64,000 nt of DNA from positions 64,001 through 128,000 of the forward strand of contig CAVWXH010000016.1 of the NCBI GenBank assembly GCA_963758915.1, written 5' to 3'. Positions 43,509 to 53,419 of this stretch are shown here, one piece after another; positions within the stretch are counted from its first letter, which is position 1, and every line of letters begins with the position of its first letter. The position numbers and the translations under genes are program-made. Source of the DNA: an uncultured Methanomicrobiales archaeon. GTDB taxonomy: Archaea > Halobacteriota > Methanomicrobia > Methanomicrobiales > Methanospirillaceae. The notes below the pieces were generated by a model. That model saw only the letters and a program-made list of their open reading frames with translations. It did not search any database and was not told the origin of the DNA.

Positions 43509-44330
43509 ATGATATCGGTCCTTTTCGTTGATGATGAACCGGCCCTGCTGGAGATCACCCGGTTGTATCTTGAGAAATCCGGATCAATCACGGTTGAAAC
43601 CTGCAGGTCTGCGCTCGAAGCGCTGGGGGTATTGAAAAACCGGCAGTTCGATGTTATTGTGTCAGATTACGAGATGCCCCTTATGGATGGGATCATGTTC
43701 CTCAAGATCCTCAGGGCGGAAGGAAATGATACCCCGTTCCTGATATTTACCGGAAAAGGGCGGGAACATGTTGTAATTGAGGCTCTTAATAACGGGGCTG
43801 ATTATTACCTGCAGAAAGGTGGAGATCCAAAGGCGCAGTTCATCGAACTTACCCACATGATCGAGCAGGCATTCCAGCGGCGTCATGTGGAACAGAACCT
43901 GCAGGCATCCGAGAAGTTACTGGTTGAAATAATAAATTTCCTGCCAGATGCAACATTTGCGATTGATACAGGCGGGGCGGTTATTTCATGGAACAAAGCC
44001 ATGGAGGAAATGACCGGAGTAAAAGCAGAAATGATAATGGGTAAGGGAAATCATGAGTATTCGCTTCCCTTTTATGGGACACGGCGCCCGATCCTTATTG
44101 ACCTGATCACAAAACCGGATGAAGAAGTCAGGCGGAAATTTTACTCGATCATTAAACATGAGGGGGATATGCTGATTGCAGAAACAGAAAATGCAAGGCC
44201 CAGGGGAAAACAATCGGTGCTCTGGGCAAAAGCAACACCCCTCTATAATCCCAAAGGGGAGATCATAGGAGCTATAGAATCAATCAGGGACATTACCGAA
44301 TTCCGGAAGCCTGAGAAAGCAGTCTCCTGA
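43509..44330 (+). CDS. Response regulator receiver + PAS protein (probably fused to the downstream TPR ORF)
   Basis: LFVDDE, VSDYEMP, FTGKG, GADYYLQK; PAS WNKAMEEMTG..ESIRDIT. Confidence 0.92.
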   Translation: MISVLFVDDEPALLEITRLYLEKSGSITVETCRSALEALGVLKNRQFDVIVSDYEMPLMDGIMFLKILRAEGNDTPFLIFTGKGREHVVIEALNNGADYYLQKGGDPKAQFIELTHMIEQAFQRRHVEQNLQASEKLLVEIINFLPDATFAIDTGGAVISWNKAMEEMTGVKAEMIMGKGNHEYSLPFYGTRRPILIDLITKPDEEVRRKFYSIIKHEGDMLIAETENARPRGKQSVLWAKATPLYNPKGEIIGAIESIRDITEFRKPEKAVS

Positions 44331-44358
44331 TATAACCCCTGCGGGAGTTACTCCCGAG

Positions 44359-44877
44359 ATGCCAGGAAGTTCTGCGGAGACAGCTTCTCCGGGTTTATTC
44401 GACCGCATGTTTGGGAAAACAGCGAATTCCTGGTACCATAAAGGTGTTGACCTTTACTATAAGCACGGGAAATACCAGGAAGCGCTCCAGGCGTTTGACC
44501 GGGTGCTTGAGATTGAACCTGACCATGCAGGTGCATGGAACGGCAGAGGTATCTGCCTCAAGGAACTGGGAAGGTATGAAGAGGCAATACAGTGCTTCAA
44601 CAGGGTTATTGCAATCAACCCGGCCGATGAGGAAGTCCATTATAACCGGGGGGAGGCGCTTGAAAAACTTGGCAAGAGTAATGGGGATTTAAAATTATTT
44701 GAAGAGGCGATAAGAAGTTTCGATGCGGTACTGAACCTGAATCCCTACCATGTATATGCATGGAATTACCGTGGGGTCTGCCTCAAGGAACTGGGAAGGT
44801 ATGAAGAAGCCAAGCGCTGTTTTGACCATGCACAACTCCTGATTCGCCGGGGCCAGAATAAATCCGGCAGAATTTAG
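44359..44877 (+). CDS. Tetratricopeptide repeat protein
   Basis: Repeated W..RG..L.ELGRYEEA..F motifs. Confidence 0.9.
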   Translation: MPGSSAETASPGLFDRMFGKTANSWYHKGVDLYYKHGKYQEALQAFDRVLEIEPDHAGAWNGRGICLKELGRYEEAIQCFNRVIAINPADEEVHYNRGEALEKLGKSNGDLKLFEEAIRSFDAVLNLNPYHVYAWNYRGVCLKELGRYEEAKRCFDHAQLLIRRGQNKSGRI

Positions 44878-45088
44878 GAAAGTTATGATCCCATGAGATC
44901 CTGTCGGGGATCGATTATTGCCCTGTCTTTCGTGCCGCTGGTTGTCCGGAATGCGGCTTTCATGATGTAGTCCAGATAAGCCGGGTGACCTGGTACCTCC
45001 TGGATGTTTCAGGTGGAAATAGGGGAAACTGCAGGAATTAAAGGACCAGGTCCGTTATACTGTAGCATAAGCAAAATCCTGGTTTTTC

Positions 45089-45260
45089 GGCTTTGTTGAA
45101 ACCCTTTGGTGTTATAAAAAATAAGAGGGAAATACGAAGACCTGGAGGGGGTTTCACCGCCTCCCTGCCCACCCCCATTAAGATATTCTTCGGGCAGGGT
45201 TTCGGCGAAGGCTCATTAAATTCAGAGTATTGGAGGATTATCTCTATCCCAACCGGGGTC
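45089..45260 (+). mobile_element. MITE-like repeat, short form, 3'-truncated
   Basis: Starts ggctttgttgaaaccc; near-identical to 38882-39054. Confidence 0.75.
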
Positions 45261-45565
45261 TGTTCTCCAGATACTTTTATTTTATCTTCTCTGGTGATTA
45301 TGGTGCTTCCTGTAGTTTAATCAGTCTCCGGACGGGCCTTAGTAAAAACAGGTAATGTATATCTGGGTATTCATCATATGCTACTACCAAGAGGAGTGGT
45401 ATGACCCTTCGGGACATTGATCGGTTCCGGGTGGCAGGGAAAGATATATTGGAAGAGTCAGGAAGATCAACATGAAGTGGGGCAGGTGCGTAACTCCCTT
45501 GAACAGCAGGGAAATATGCAGCAGTCCTTCCCGGAAAATTGTAACTATTTCAATTTGGGTGAAAT

Positions 45566-47416
45566 ATGAAGATAACCACTGACCTGGTGGAAAAAAATAG
45601 TATTAAAGTCCTTATTATTGGTATAACTACTATTGGAGCAGTTTTATTCGATATTTCCGGCCAGGTAAACGGGGCTTCAATTTTTGCACCGCTCCTGTTT
45701 TTCCTCCCAATTATCCTTGCTGCATACTGGTTCCCGCATAAGGGTGTATTATATGCCGTTGGTATCGGGATCCTGCAATTAATTCTTGTATCACAGTTCA
45801 CCTATCCCGACCTCGCCCCACTGACCTATGCGACAGCTACGGCGAGCTTTTATGTCCTTGTGGCGGTTTCAGTTGTGGTATCGGCACTTTCAGGGAACCT
45901 GCGGTTGCAGGAAGCAAGTTACCAGGCAATTTTCAACGATTCCCAGGCGGGTGTACTCCTTGTTTCAGACCGTGAAGAAACGCTGGTGATCGAAGAAGTA
46001 AATAAAAGTGCGGCTTCAAGCCTTGGGTACCTCCCGCAAGACCTTGCCGGTGCCAGGCTTATTTCAATCTGGGATAACTCTCCTGCTTTTAAGAAAATAA
46101 TGGGCCGGCTGGAACATGAACACAGTATTCTGGATATTGAGTCTTTTTTTGTAACCCGCCAGGGTACCTCATTTCCCGTGCTTGTTACTGCAGCACGTCT
46201 GCCGGAACACCACCTGGTCTTTACCTTTATGGATATCACGTCAATCCGGGAAGCCGAAGAAAAAATAAAACGACGGAATAACCAGCTCAGCATTGTAAAC
46301 GAAGTAATCACGATCACATCCAATTCAGAGAGTGTGTATGACCTCCTGGACCGATCCTTTGGAAAAATTAAAAAACTTCTTCCCGTTACTTCAGGGGCAA
46401 TCTACCTCCTGGACGAAGACCGGCATCTCCTGGAGGCCCATTACCATTCGGATGAAGAAGGCGTGACTTCGTCATTACCATTAAAGATCCCGCTAGTAAC
46501 CCCCCCGTTCAATGACGTTGTGCTTCATGGAAGTGCACTGTATACGACGTACTCTTCAGGTGGGAATGAATTCAATACGCAACAATTGAGTGCTGTTATT
46601 CCTGTAAGTTGTGAATCAAGAGTAATTGGATTGTTATGCCTGGTAAGTCCCAAAAACGAGCCATTTGCAGAGGATGACCGGGTTGTCCTTGAATCCATTG
46701 GTAAAGAGATAGGTTGTGCAGTCCAAAAACTCCGGCTTTCTGATAACCTGATCGAGGCGAACAGGAGGGCCAACCTGTACCTCGATATCCTGGTCCATGA
46801 CATCAATAATGCAAACCTTGCCTCCCTCGGGTATGGGGAACTTCTCACAGAAATGCTAACAGGGAAGGAGAAAGATGTGGCAGGGAAATTGATTGAAGGA
46901 GTCCTGAAGAGTCGTGAAGTAATACGGAACCTCGATACGATCCGCCATATACAGGAGCGGAGATTTGATTTCAAGGTTATTAATCTGGACACCCTGATCA
47001 AGCAGGAAATCAGGCACTATCCCTCGGCAGCGATTGACTATGGGGGGTGTAAAACCCTTGTCATGGCGGACGACCTGCTCGCAGAAGTCCTTACGAACCT
47101 TATCGGGAATAGTGCAAAATTTGGAGGCCCGGGTGTACGTATCACCATAAACGTGCAGGACTGTTCTGATCACCTGGCAAAAATAACCATCGCTGATGAA
47201 GGGCCGGGTGTACCGGATGAATTAAAATCAGTAATATTTATCAGGTTCCAGACAGGGGAGGAAAAAGGCAGCGGAAAAGGACTCGGGCTGTTTATTACAA
47301 AAACCCTTATTGAAAGGTACGGGGGTAAAATCTGGGTTGAAGACCGTATAAAGGGCAAATCCAGCAGTGGTGCGGCATTCGTGTTTACACTTCCAACAGC
47401 TAATCCCGGGTCATAA
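45566..47416 (+). CDS. Membrane sensor histidine kinase (TM-PAS-GAF-HisKA-HATPase)
   Basis: DILVHDINN H-box, NLIGNSAKF, DEGPGV and GKGLGL motifs. Confidence 0.93.
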   Translation: MKITTDLVEKNSIKVLIIGITTIGAVLFDISGQVNGASIFAPLLFFLPIILAAYWFPHKGVLYAVGIGILQLILVSQFTYPDLAPLTYATATASFYVLVAVSVVVSALSGNLRLQEASYQAIFNDSQAGVLLVSDREETLVIEEVNKSAASSLGYLPQDLAGARLISIWDNSPAFKKIMGRLEHEHSILDIESFFVTRQGTSFPVLVTAARLPEHHLVFTFMDITSIREAEEKIKRRNNQLSIVNEVITITSNSESVYDLLDRSFGKIKKLLPVTSGAIYLLDEDRHLLEAHYHSDEEGVTSSLPLKIPLVTPPFNDVVLHGSALYTTYSSGGNEFNTQQLSAVIPVSCESRVIGLLCLVSPKNEPFAEDDRVVLESIGKEIGCAVQKLRLSDNLIEANRRANLYLDILVHDINNANLASLGYGELLTEMLTGKEKDVAGKLIEGVLKSREVIRNLDTIRHIQERRFDFKVINLDTLIKQEIRHYPSAAIDYGGCKTLVMADDLLAEVLTNLIGNSAKFGGPGVRITINVQDCSDHLAKITIADEGPGVPDELKSVIFIRFQTGEEKGSGKGLGLFITKTLIERYGGKIWVEDRIKGKSSSGAAFVFTLPTANPGS

Positions 47417-47487
47417 GTCTTATTGGACCAGGATGTAAACCTGTCTTTTTTTATGCTGTATTTTCTGTTTCATTTACGATCTATGAT

Positions 47488-47690
47488 GAAATACGTTGAC
47501 CGGACGGTGGTTCACCCTGTCCCTGTCCAACCCTAATTACGATGAACGTTCTGGCAACTTCCAGCGGTAGAATTCCAAAAAAAATCGAGAATAACTGTCC
47601 TCCCTTGTATCAACCGGGTTCGCCAAAGCGGTGGGGTTCAAGCCCCGGGACCGGATACCCTAATCTGCAGGATAGATTTGAGAACCTCTG
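47488..47690 (+). repeat. Diverged repeat core/right half
   Basis: gaaatacgttgaccggacgg..caccctgtccctg, caaccgggttcgccaaagcggtggggttcaagccccggga and gatagatttgaga. Confidence 0.7.
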
Positions 47691-47713
47691 AATAATCTCT
47701 TACTCTCTTTCCT

Positions 47714-48493
47714 TCATCCCCACGGGGGGTGAAGCAGGAGGATAATAACCGGCTGGTGCAGGATATAGATGGCGAGCGAATGTCTGCCGAGGAATGCCAG
47801 TGCTTTACCAGGATATTCCGTCAGTTTAGAACTGGTAAAGAATTCCGGGAATGTATAACTTCGTTTACCCCCCGGATAGAATAGTTCCCCGAGATAAATT
47901 CCAATAAGTACGAGTCCAAACCAGGGGAATATGGGCGTATAATCCACACTATAAAATGAGGCCGGATGTATGCCCAGCGGGAGGAGGATAAATGGTCCCC
48001 TTACTCCCTGCAGCAGGATTCCACCAATAATGAACAATATACCGCCATACAATGCTATCAACTTCCTGTGGAAAAAAAAGGGGGCGATAATAATAGAAAA
48101 ACCGATGAGGTGCAGAATTCCAAAAATAATGTAGCCCTCACCAAGGTACCACCAGGTTACAATGGTAATCAAGGCCGCAATAATCAGGATTGTTATACCT
48201 CGTTTCAGGTATTTCATGAAAAAATTTCGCCTGTTCATTACCACTTCAGCTTTTACAGCACTGATCGTAAATGAAATCCCCACTAACAGCAGGAAAAGTG
48301 AAGCGGTGATGATGGCGAAGACCTTCCAGAACCCCGTTGTGACGTCTATCGGATAGATATTGAAAAAATACAGATCAAAGAGGAAATGATAGAGGACCAT
48401 CATGATAACCGCAAGTCCTCTCAGGAGGTCTATTTCTACGAATCGTCCTCCGGACACATTTTCTGGCATAATAACCTGGGAACTGGTCTTCAT
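47714..48493 (-). CDS. DUF1624 / heparan-alpha-glucosaminide N-acetyltransferase-family membrane protein
   Basis: RFVEIDLLRGLAVIMMVLYH, FGILHLIG, DYTPIFPWFG and LGRHSLAIYILHQP; start may be 48469. Confidence 0.88.
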   Translation of the reverse strand: MKTSSQVIMPENVSGGRFVEIDLLRGLAVIMMVLYHFLFDLYFFNIYPIDVTTGFWKVFAIITASLFLLLVGISFTISAVKAEVVMNRRNFFMKYLKRGITILIIAALITIVTWWYLGEGYIIFGILHLIGFSIIIAPFFFHRKLIALYGGILFIIGGILLQGVRGPFILLPLGIHPASFYSVDYTPIFPWFGLVLIGIYLGELFYPGGKRSYTFPEFFTSSKLTEYPGKALAFLGRHSLAIYILHQPVIILLLHPPWG

Positions 48494-48497
48494 TTCA

Positions 48498-48566
48498 GCT
48501 TTGTTGAAAAGCTCTCAACTATATGGTTAAGATTAGGTCATTCCAAAATTTAATCACGCTCCCCGG
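48498..48566 (-). repeat. Right end of the short-form repeat on the minus strand, with a clean terminal inverted repeat
   Basis: Reverse complement gggagcgtgattaaattttggaatgacc..gagagcttttcaacaaagc matches 39079-39130 and ends in the complement of gctttgttgaaa. Confidence 0.7.
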
Positions 48567-48674
48567 ATTGTCCCTGCACCACACCTGATTGGCAATTCAT
48601 GTGCCGGACAAATCAAATAATATAAATAGGATTTTTTTAATAATGAAATTAAATATTGAATTTAGGGGATTTGA

Positions 48675-49259
48675 ATGACGATTGAAGAACTTTTATCCGG
48701 GAATGAGCAGTTTCGGAGTGTACAGTTTAAGAAAAATATCAGCGTGTACAATGAACTGGCCAGAGGGCAGAAACCCGAGATACTCTGGATTGGGTGCTCG
48801 GATTCTCGTCTCCAGACCGGGCATATCACGGATTCAATGCCTGGGACCCTGTTCATTCACAGGAATATCGGGAATATGGCTGCTCTCAATGACTGGAATC
48901 TTTCGACTGTGCTTGAATACGGGATTAAACATCTAAAAGTCAAACATATCGTGATCTGCGGGCATTCGGATTGCGGCGCAATCAAAGCCCTCGACAAGGA
49001 CCTCGATGATGCATACATACCAAACTGGCTGAACAACGCAATGGATGCAAAAAAACGTGTTGATGCAAAGATCCCAAAGCCTGGCACGCCGGCAGAATTA
49101 AAAGAACGTTCAACGATGATCGAGCAGGAGAATGTCAGGCTGCAAATCGAACATTTAAAAACATACCCCCTTGTCAGGGACGCTATTCATGCGAAGAGTA
49201 TCCAGGTCCATGGCCTTTATTATGATCTTGACACGGGACTGCTCACAAAAATTGTGTAA
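48675..49259 (+). CDS. can: Beta-class carbonic anhydrase
   Basis: IGCSDSR, HRNIGN and CGHSDCG motifs. Confidence 0.96.
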   Translation: MTIEELLSGNEQFRSVQFKKNISVYNELARGQKPEILWIGCSDSRLQTGHITDSMPGTLFIHRNIGNMAALNDWNLSTVLEYGIKHLKVKHIVICGHSDCGAIKALDKDLDDAYIPNWLNNAMDAKKRVDAKIPKPGTPAELKERSTMIEQENVRLQIEHLKTYPLVRDAIHAKSIQVHGLYYDLDTGLLTKIV

Positions 49260-49601
49260 TCAGGGTTGACACTTTTCTATCTCTTTTTTTATCAAGGGCA
49301 ATGAAACCCGTCCGATTGGGGTAATTTTCCCGTTAACGAGAATAATTGGGATCGGGGGGAAGTGTTCTGAAATAATTGCTTCGATGTGAGGGGGGACTTC
49401 ATCGTCAATAAGGGTCAGTTTCAATGACAGGGTGTCCCCGTATTCTTTACGGAGTGTTTTTTCCAGTATTTCAAATGCCCTGACCAGTGTCCCCATTGGA
49501 TAACAGTCTGAAAGCCCGCAACTTCTCTCTTCATCACACGCAAAAGGTGAGCAGTATGAGTCCCTAAGTCCAATCACCTCGATGTTGATAGTATTTGCCA
49601 T
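49260..49601 (-). CDS. Cys-rich thioredoxin-like-fold hypothetical protein
   Basis: Four N-terminal Cys residues and PIILVNGK (cis-Pro loop-like). Confidence 0.7.
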   Translation of the reverse strand: MANTINIEVIGLRDSYCSPFACDEERSCGLSDCYPMGTLVRAFEILEKTLRKEYGDTLSLKLTLIDDEVPPHIEAIISEHFPPIPIILVNGKITPIGRVSLPLIKKEIEKCQP

Positions 49602-50134
49602 AATAAATCATTGAAGAGGGAGTATTTGATGGTTCATATACCCGCAAAGATTTGGAACCTGGTCCCAAGATAGGAAGAGTAACGCGCACGGATAATTATT
49701 GATCAAATTACGAGGTAGTAATCTAATATTTCAGGTCTTTCATAATTTCAGTCAATTATCACTCGTATTTCAACTACTTCATTAAGCAGATTATTAGATT
49801 AGGTGATTCTTGATGATCTTTTATGAGATCTGAAATCCCCCCCTGATTTTCAAATTAATCTTCAAATGCCCCGCCAATCTGGAAACACTCGTAATAAATC
49901 TGCTTATACGTAAGAAAAAATTTGTAAGATAAGTATAGATATTAGTATTAATAATTCTATTACTCCGAAGTTGGCTATAACAGGTCCTGAGAAAACCTCT
50001 ACAGTTTTCTTTTGTCGGCAACGGAATTCATCTGATAATTATTGCACCAATTCGGGTACCGGGTAATCCACACAAAAGGAATCGATCTGATCCCTCATCC
50101 GTACCATCCAATTACACCCCTCAAAAAAACAAAA

Positions 50135-50170
50135 GACCCGGGAAAACCGGGTCCATCGCATATTTTTTTT
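50135..50170. terminator. Hairpin flanked by A and T tracts (possible bidirectional terminator)
   Basis: gacccgg-gaaaa-ccgggtc with aaaaaaacaaaa upstream and tttttttt downstream. Confidence 0.4.
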
Positions 50171-50283
50171 ATCGCTTGTTGTAAGACCATTTTTTTCCGT
50201 GCAGATCATAGATCAGGAAGAAAATCTTGTATGGGACCTTTTATTCCGGCAATGCGGTAATAGAGATCCCCGGAACCTGATTT

Positions 50284-50790
50284 TCACATAAACCTTTCAA
50301 AACGGTCTTTTTTGGCCTTACAAACCGGGCAGACCAGGGGGGCTTCATCCCTCGCGCAGAGATAGCCGCAAACCCTGCAGCGCCAGACCGGGTACGACAG
50401 GGATCCTGTCTGGGTTGTATGAATCGTTTTCCTGCTGTTTCTTTCACACCGTGGGGGCCTTCGCTCAGGCACGCAGGAAAGGGACTGTTTATTCGACAGG
50501 ATAGCATCAGAAACATACAAAGCGCAGTAACAGGCGCCATACTGGTCAAGGTCCGGGTCGCGGTAATCACATGGACATATGATGTCGAGATCTTCGGCTT
50601 TTATCCCTTTTGAGAAGCGGCAGGGACACGCAGGATATCCATACCGGGCTTCATTAATTAGCAACCCACGGACAAGTTTTTTTGTAAACTCCTTGTCAGG
50701 GCCAAGGTGGTAGCCGCCTTCTCTGGCCTCTCGGTCAAGCACCTGGTACTTTTTCTCCACGTCATCCTGGTTGATGTCCTCCATGTTCAT
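50284..50790 (-). CDS. Ferredoxin:thioredoxin reductase catalytic-type protein with C-terminal rubredoxin (ferredoxin:disulfide reductase-like)
   Basis: CPCR, CPC and CYC FTR motifs; WRCRVCG..CPVC rubredoxin domain. Confidence 0.92.
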   Translation of the reverse strand: MNMEDINQDDVEKKYQVLDREAREGGYHLGPDKEFTKKLVRGLLINEARYGYPACPCRFSKGIKAEDLDIICPCDYRDPDLDQYGACYCALYVSDAILSNKQSLSCVPERRPPRCERNSRKTIHTTQTGSLSYPVWRCRVCGYLCARDEAPLVCPVCKAKKDRFERFM

Positions 50791-51068
50791 TGCCTGAATG
50801 CACCCCTGATCTCTTCCTCCCGGAACCCGATTACGGCTTTCCGATCATTGATGATGAGCGTAGGAAACGATCCAGCCGGGTTCCACTTCTCGATGAGTGC
50901 AATTGCATCGTCCATCTCTTCTGGTGGCAGAAGATCGACATAGACAAAATCAAAGGCAATTCCGAGTTCTTTTAATAATTCCTTGGTCTTACTGCACCAT
51001 CCGCAGGTAGAGAGTGCAAACAGTACGACCTTCCCTTCATTGTTTCCATCTACATGTTCCATTTTCAT
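50787..51068 (-). CDS. Glutaredoxin/NrdH-like redoxin
   Basis: STCGWC and SFPTL motifs; RBS GGAGG before ATG 51068; ATGA overlap with the FTR gene. Confidence 0.9.
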   Translation of the reverse strand: MKMEHVDGNNEGKVVLFALSTCGWCSKTKELLKELGIAFDFVYVDLLPPEEMDDAIALIEKWNPAGSFPTLIINDRKAVIGFREEEIRGAFRQ

Positions 51069-51377
51069 AGTATCCTCCAGGTCAGGGGTTTTCTTTGCCA
51101 ATTAGCATTGCGAGGAGTAGTATATAAGGGTTCATTGAGTGAACGATAGTACCGTTTTACAACTCACGGTGACACAATCACCTTGACCAAGGCCAATTTA
51201 TTACTGGTATATCCAGGGTGTTTCCATTTCCTAATCATTGTGCAATTTCTCACAGATTTAACACGGTGACCTTGTGATAAACCGGATTACCCTGATTATA
51301 AACCCCCTGAAAGATTGGGATTATCAGAAATCATTTACCATATGGCGATGGAATACTTGTAACAGAGGTATCTGCCG

Positions 51378-53408
51378 ATGACCGAGATGATGACCGCAAT
51401 AAAACTAGGCAATGCAAGCCTGAAGGAGAAAATGAATGCTATAAATGGGCCCATTGCGTATGAAGAGACTGCATATCACCTTCCTGTTGCCTATGCCCTC
51501 ACAGGCCGCCCGGTACATACAGCACAGGAGGCGATCGAGGTGTACAATCTCACCAGCGAAAACCCATTTGTTGCGTGTGAGTCTTTGATGGCCTTTTATG
51601 AACAGGGCCCGGGCCGTGAACCTGCCCCGTATACCGGGTTTATCGGAGATGCAGTACTCAGAAAACTCGGGTACTCACTTGTTGACGGGAGTATCCTCGG
51701 ACTCGCGCTCGTGATTGGTACCCCCGGGAACTCCGATACGGCCTCCCGGATATGCAGGGAGCTTCAGGAAAAATACATGCTTACCTTCCTTGCCGGGGAC
51801 GTGGTAACCTCTCTCTCGTCAGCTTCGGTTAAACTGGGACTTGAGTACCGGCTTATCCCTCTCGGTTCAACATCCATCCATGGCGTGCATTTTGTTGATA
51901 TCATCACCCGTGTTGCCCTGATGTTCGGCGGGGTTGTCCCTGGTGACCCGGGCAGGCTGCTGGCCTATGCAAACCAGCGTGCAAAAGCGATTGCGATCGT
52001 ATTTCCAGGTCTCGATAATGAAGGTATTGCCCTGGTTGACGCTCTGCGGCTCCTTGGTATCCCGATCCTGTCTCTCGGGGGATACGAGGGTGGTGAGTGG
52101 ACCTCGACGGTCCCGCAGGACGCTGTCAGGGAAGGGATGGAAAGAAAAGGGATCAAGGTTACCGTTACGGCTATCCCTATCCCGATGTCATGTTCCCCGG
52201 CATTTGAAGGCAAGAGTATAAGAAAGGAAGAGATGTACGTGGAATTCGGCGGGGGTCGTTCTCCTGCATTTGAGCTGCTCCGTGTAAAATCTGCATCTGA
52301 AGTAACTGATGGCCTGATCCGCGTTATGGGTCCTGAAATTGAGTCTGTTAAGGAGGGCTCGGCAGTCCCTCTTGGAATTATTGTTGATGTCGCAGGAAAA
52401 TCAATGAGGAAGGACTTCGAACCCGTTTTAGAGCGAAGGATCCATAATTTCGTCAATTATGGTGAAGGATCATGGCATGTTGCACAGCGTGACCTCATCT
52501 GGATAAGAATCTCAAAAGAAGCAGTAAAAAACGGTATAAAAATCGAGCATATCGGCAAGCTTATCGCGACCAAGTTCAGGATTGATTTCCCTGACCTCCT
52601 GGACGCTGTCCAGGTAACAATGGTGACAGACCTCCAGGCTGTTCTGGCAGGAAAAAAGGATGCGGAGGCAATTTACGAGGAACGTGACAGGCGTATCCAG
52701 GGGATGAAAGATACCGATGTTGACCTGTTCTATTCCTGCACGCTCTGCCAGACCTTCGCACCAAACCATGTCTGTATTATCACACCCGAAAGGCCCGCGC
52801 TATGTGGCGCAATCTCCTGGCTGGATGGTAAAATTGCATATGAAATATCACCTTCTGGTGCAAACCAGCCTGTTGAGAAAGGGGTAGTTATTGACAGGGA
52901 TAAGGGAGAATTCGAAGGTGTGAACCGTTTTGTAAAGAAAGCCTCGCATGGAGAGGTTGAACGTTGTTCCCTGTACAGTATAATGGAATACCCGATGACA
53001 TGTTGCGGGTGCTTTGAATGCATAGCCCTGATGCTCCCCGAGGTGAACGGCATCATGGTCGTGAACCGCGAATACAAGGGGGACACACCCTCCGGCATGT
53101 CTTTTTCAACGCTTGCAGGGACAATCGGTGGTGGTGCCCAGACGCCTGGTTTCGCCGGGATCTCTAAAAATTATATCCTTTCTGACCGTTTTTTACAGGA
53201 TGAAGGGGGAATTGAACGACTTGTCTGGCTCCCATCCCTGGTAAAAGAGGAGCTGAAAGAACGGCTCGTTAAGAGACTGAATGAACTTGGTCACCCGGAC
53301 CTGTTTGAAAAAATTGCCGATGAGACGAAGGCAACAACCTTAGAGGAACTGGTTGCATTCCTCGACGAAGTACAGCACCCGGCACTCACTATGAAACCGT
53401 TACTATGA
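51378..53408 (+). CDS. acsB: Acetyl-CoA synthase, bacterial-type long form
   Basis: A-cluster ligands CTLC..LCG and PMTCCGCFE. N-terminal domain TAYHLP, PYTGFIGD and FGGVVPG as in bacterial AcsB; 676 aa. Confidence 0.93.
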   Translation: MTEMMTAIKLGNASLKEKMNAINGPIAYEETAYHLPVAYALTGRPVHTAQEAIEVYNLTSENPFVACESLMAFYEQGPGREPAPYTGFIGDAVLRKLGYSLVDGSILGLALVIGTPGNSDTASRICRELQEKYMLTFLAGDVVTSLSSASVKLGLEYRLIPLGSTSIHGVHFVDIITRVALMFGGVVPGDPGRLLAYANQRAKAIAIVFPGLDNEGIALVDALRLLGIPILSLGGYEGGEWTSTVPQDAVREGMERKGIKVTVTAIPIPMSCSPAFEGKSIRKEEMYVEFGGGRSPAFELLRVKSASEVTDGLIRVMGPEIESVKEGSAVPLGIIVDVAGKSMRKDFEPVLERRIHNFVNYGEGSWHVAQRDLIWIRISKEAVKNGIKIEHIGKLIATKFRIDFPDLLDAVQVTMVTDLQAVLAGKKDAEAIYEERDRRIQGMKDTDVDLFYSCTLCQTFAPNHVCIITPERPALCGAISWLDGKIAYEISPSGANQPVEKGVVIDRDKGEFEGVNRFVKKASHGEVERCSLYSIMEYPMTCCGCFECIALMLPEVNGIMVVNREYKGDTPSGMSFSTLAGTIGGGAQTPGFAGISKNYILSDRFLQDEGGIERLVWLPSLVKEELKERLVKRLNELGHPDLFEKIADETKATTLEELVAFLDEVQHPALTMKPLL

Positions 53409-53419
53409 GGTGATTGCTG

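Noticed and set aside
10077-45320. Short ORFs sharing RRGFHPLPAPP / GGETPSCL peptides (10077, 10216, 14146, 15057, 38822, 39201, 45093)
   Set aside because: They are translations of the non-coding repeat in inconsistent frames and strands, with no conserved start or stop.
10184-48566. CRISPR array interpretation of the repeats
   Set aside because: Copies are long, dispersed and irregular, with no constant repeat-spacer period and no cas genes.
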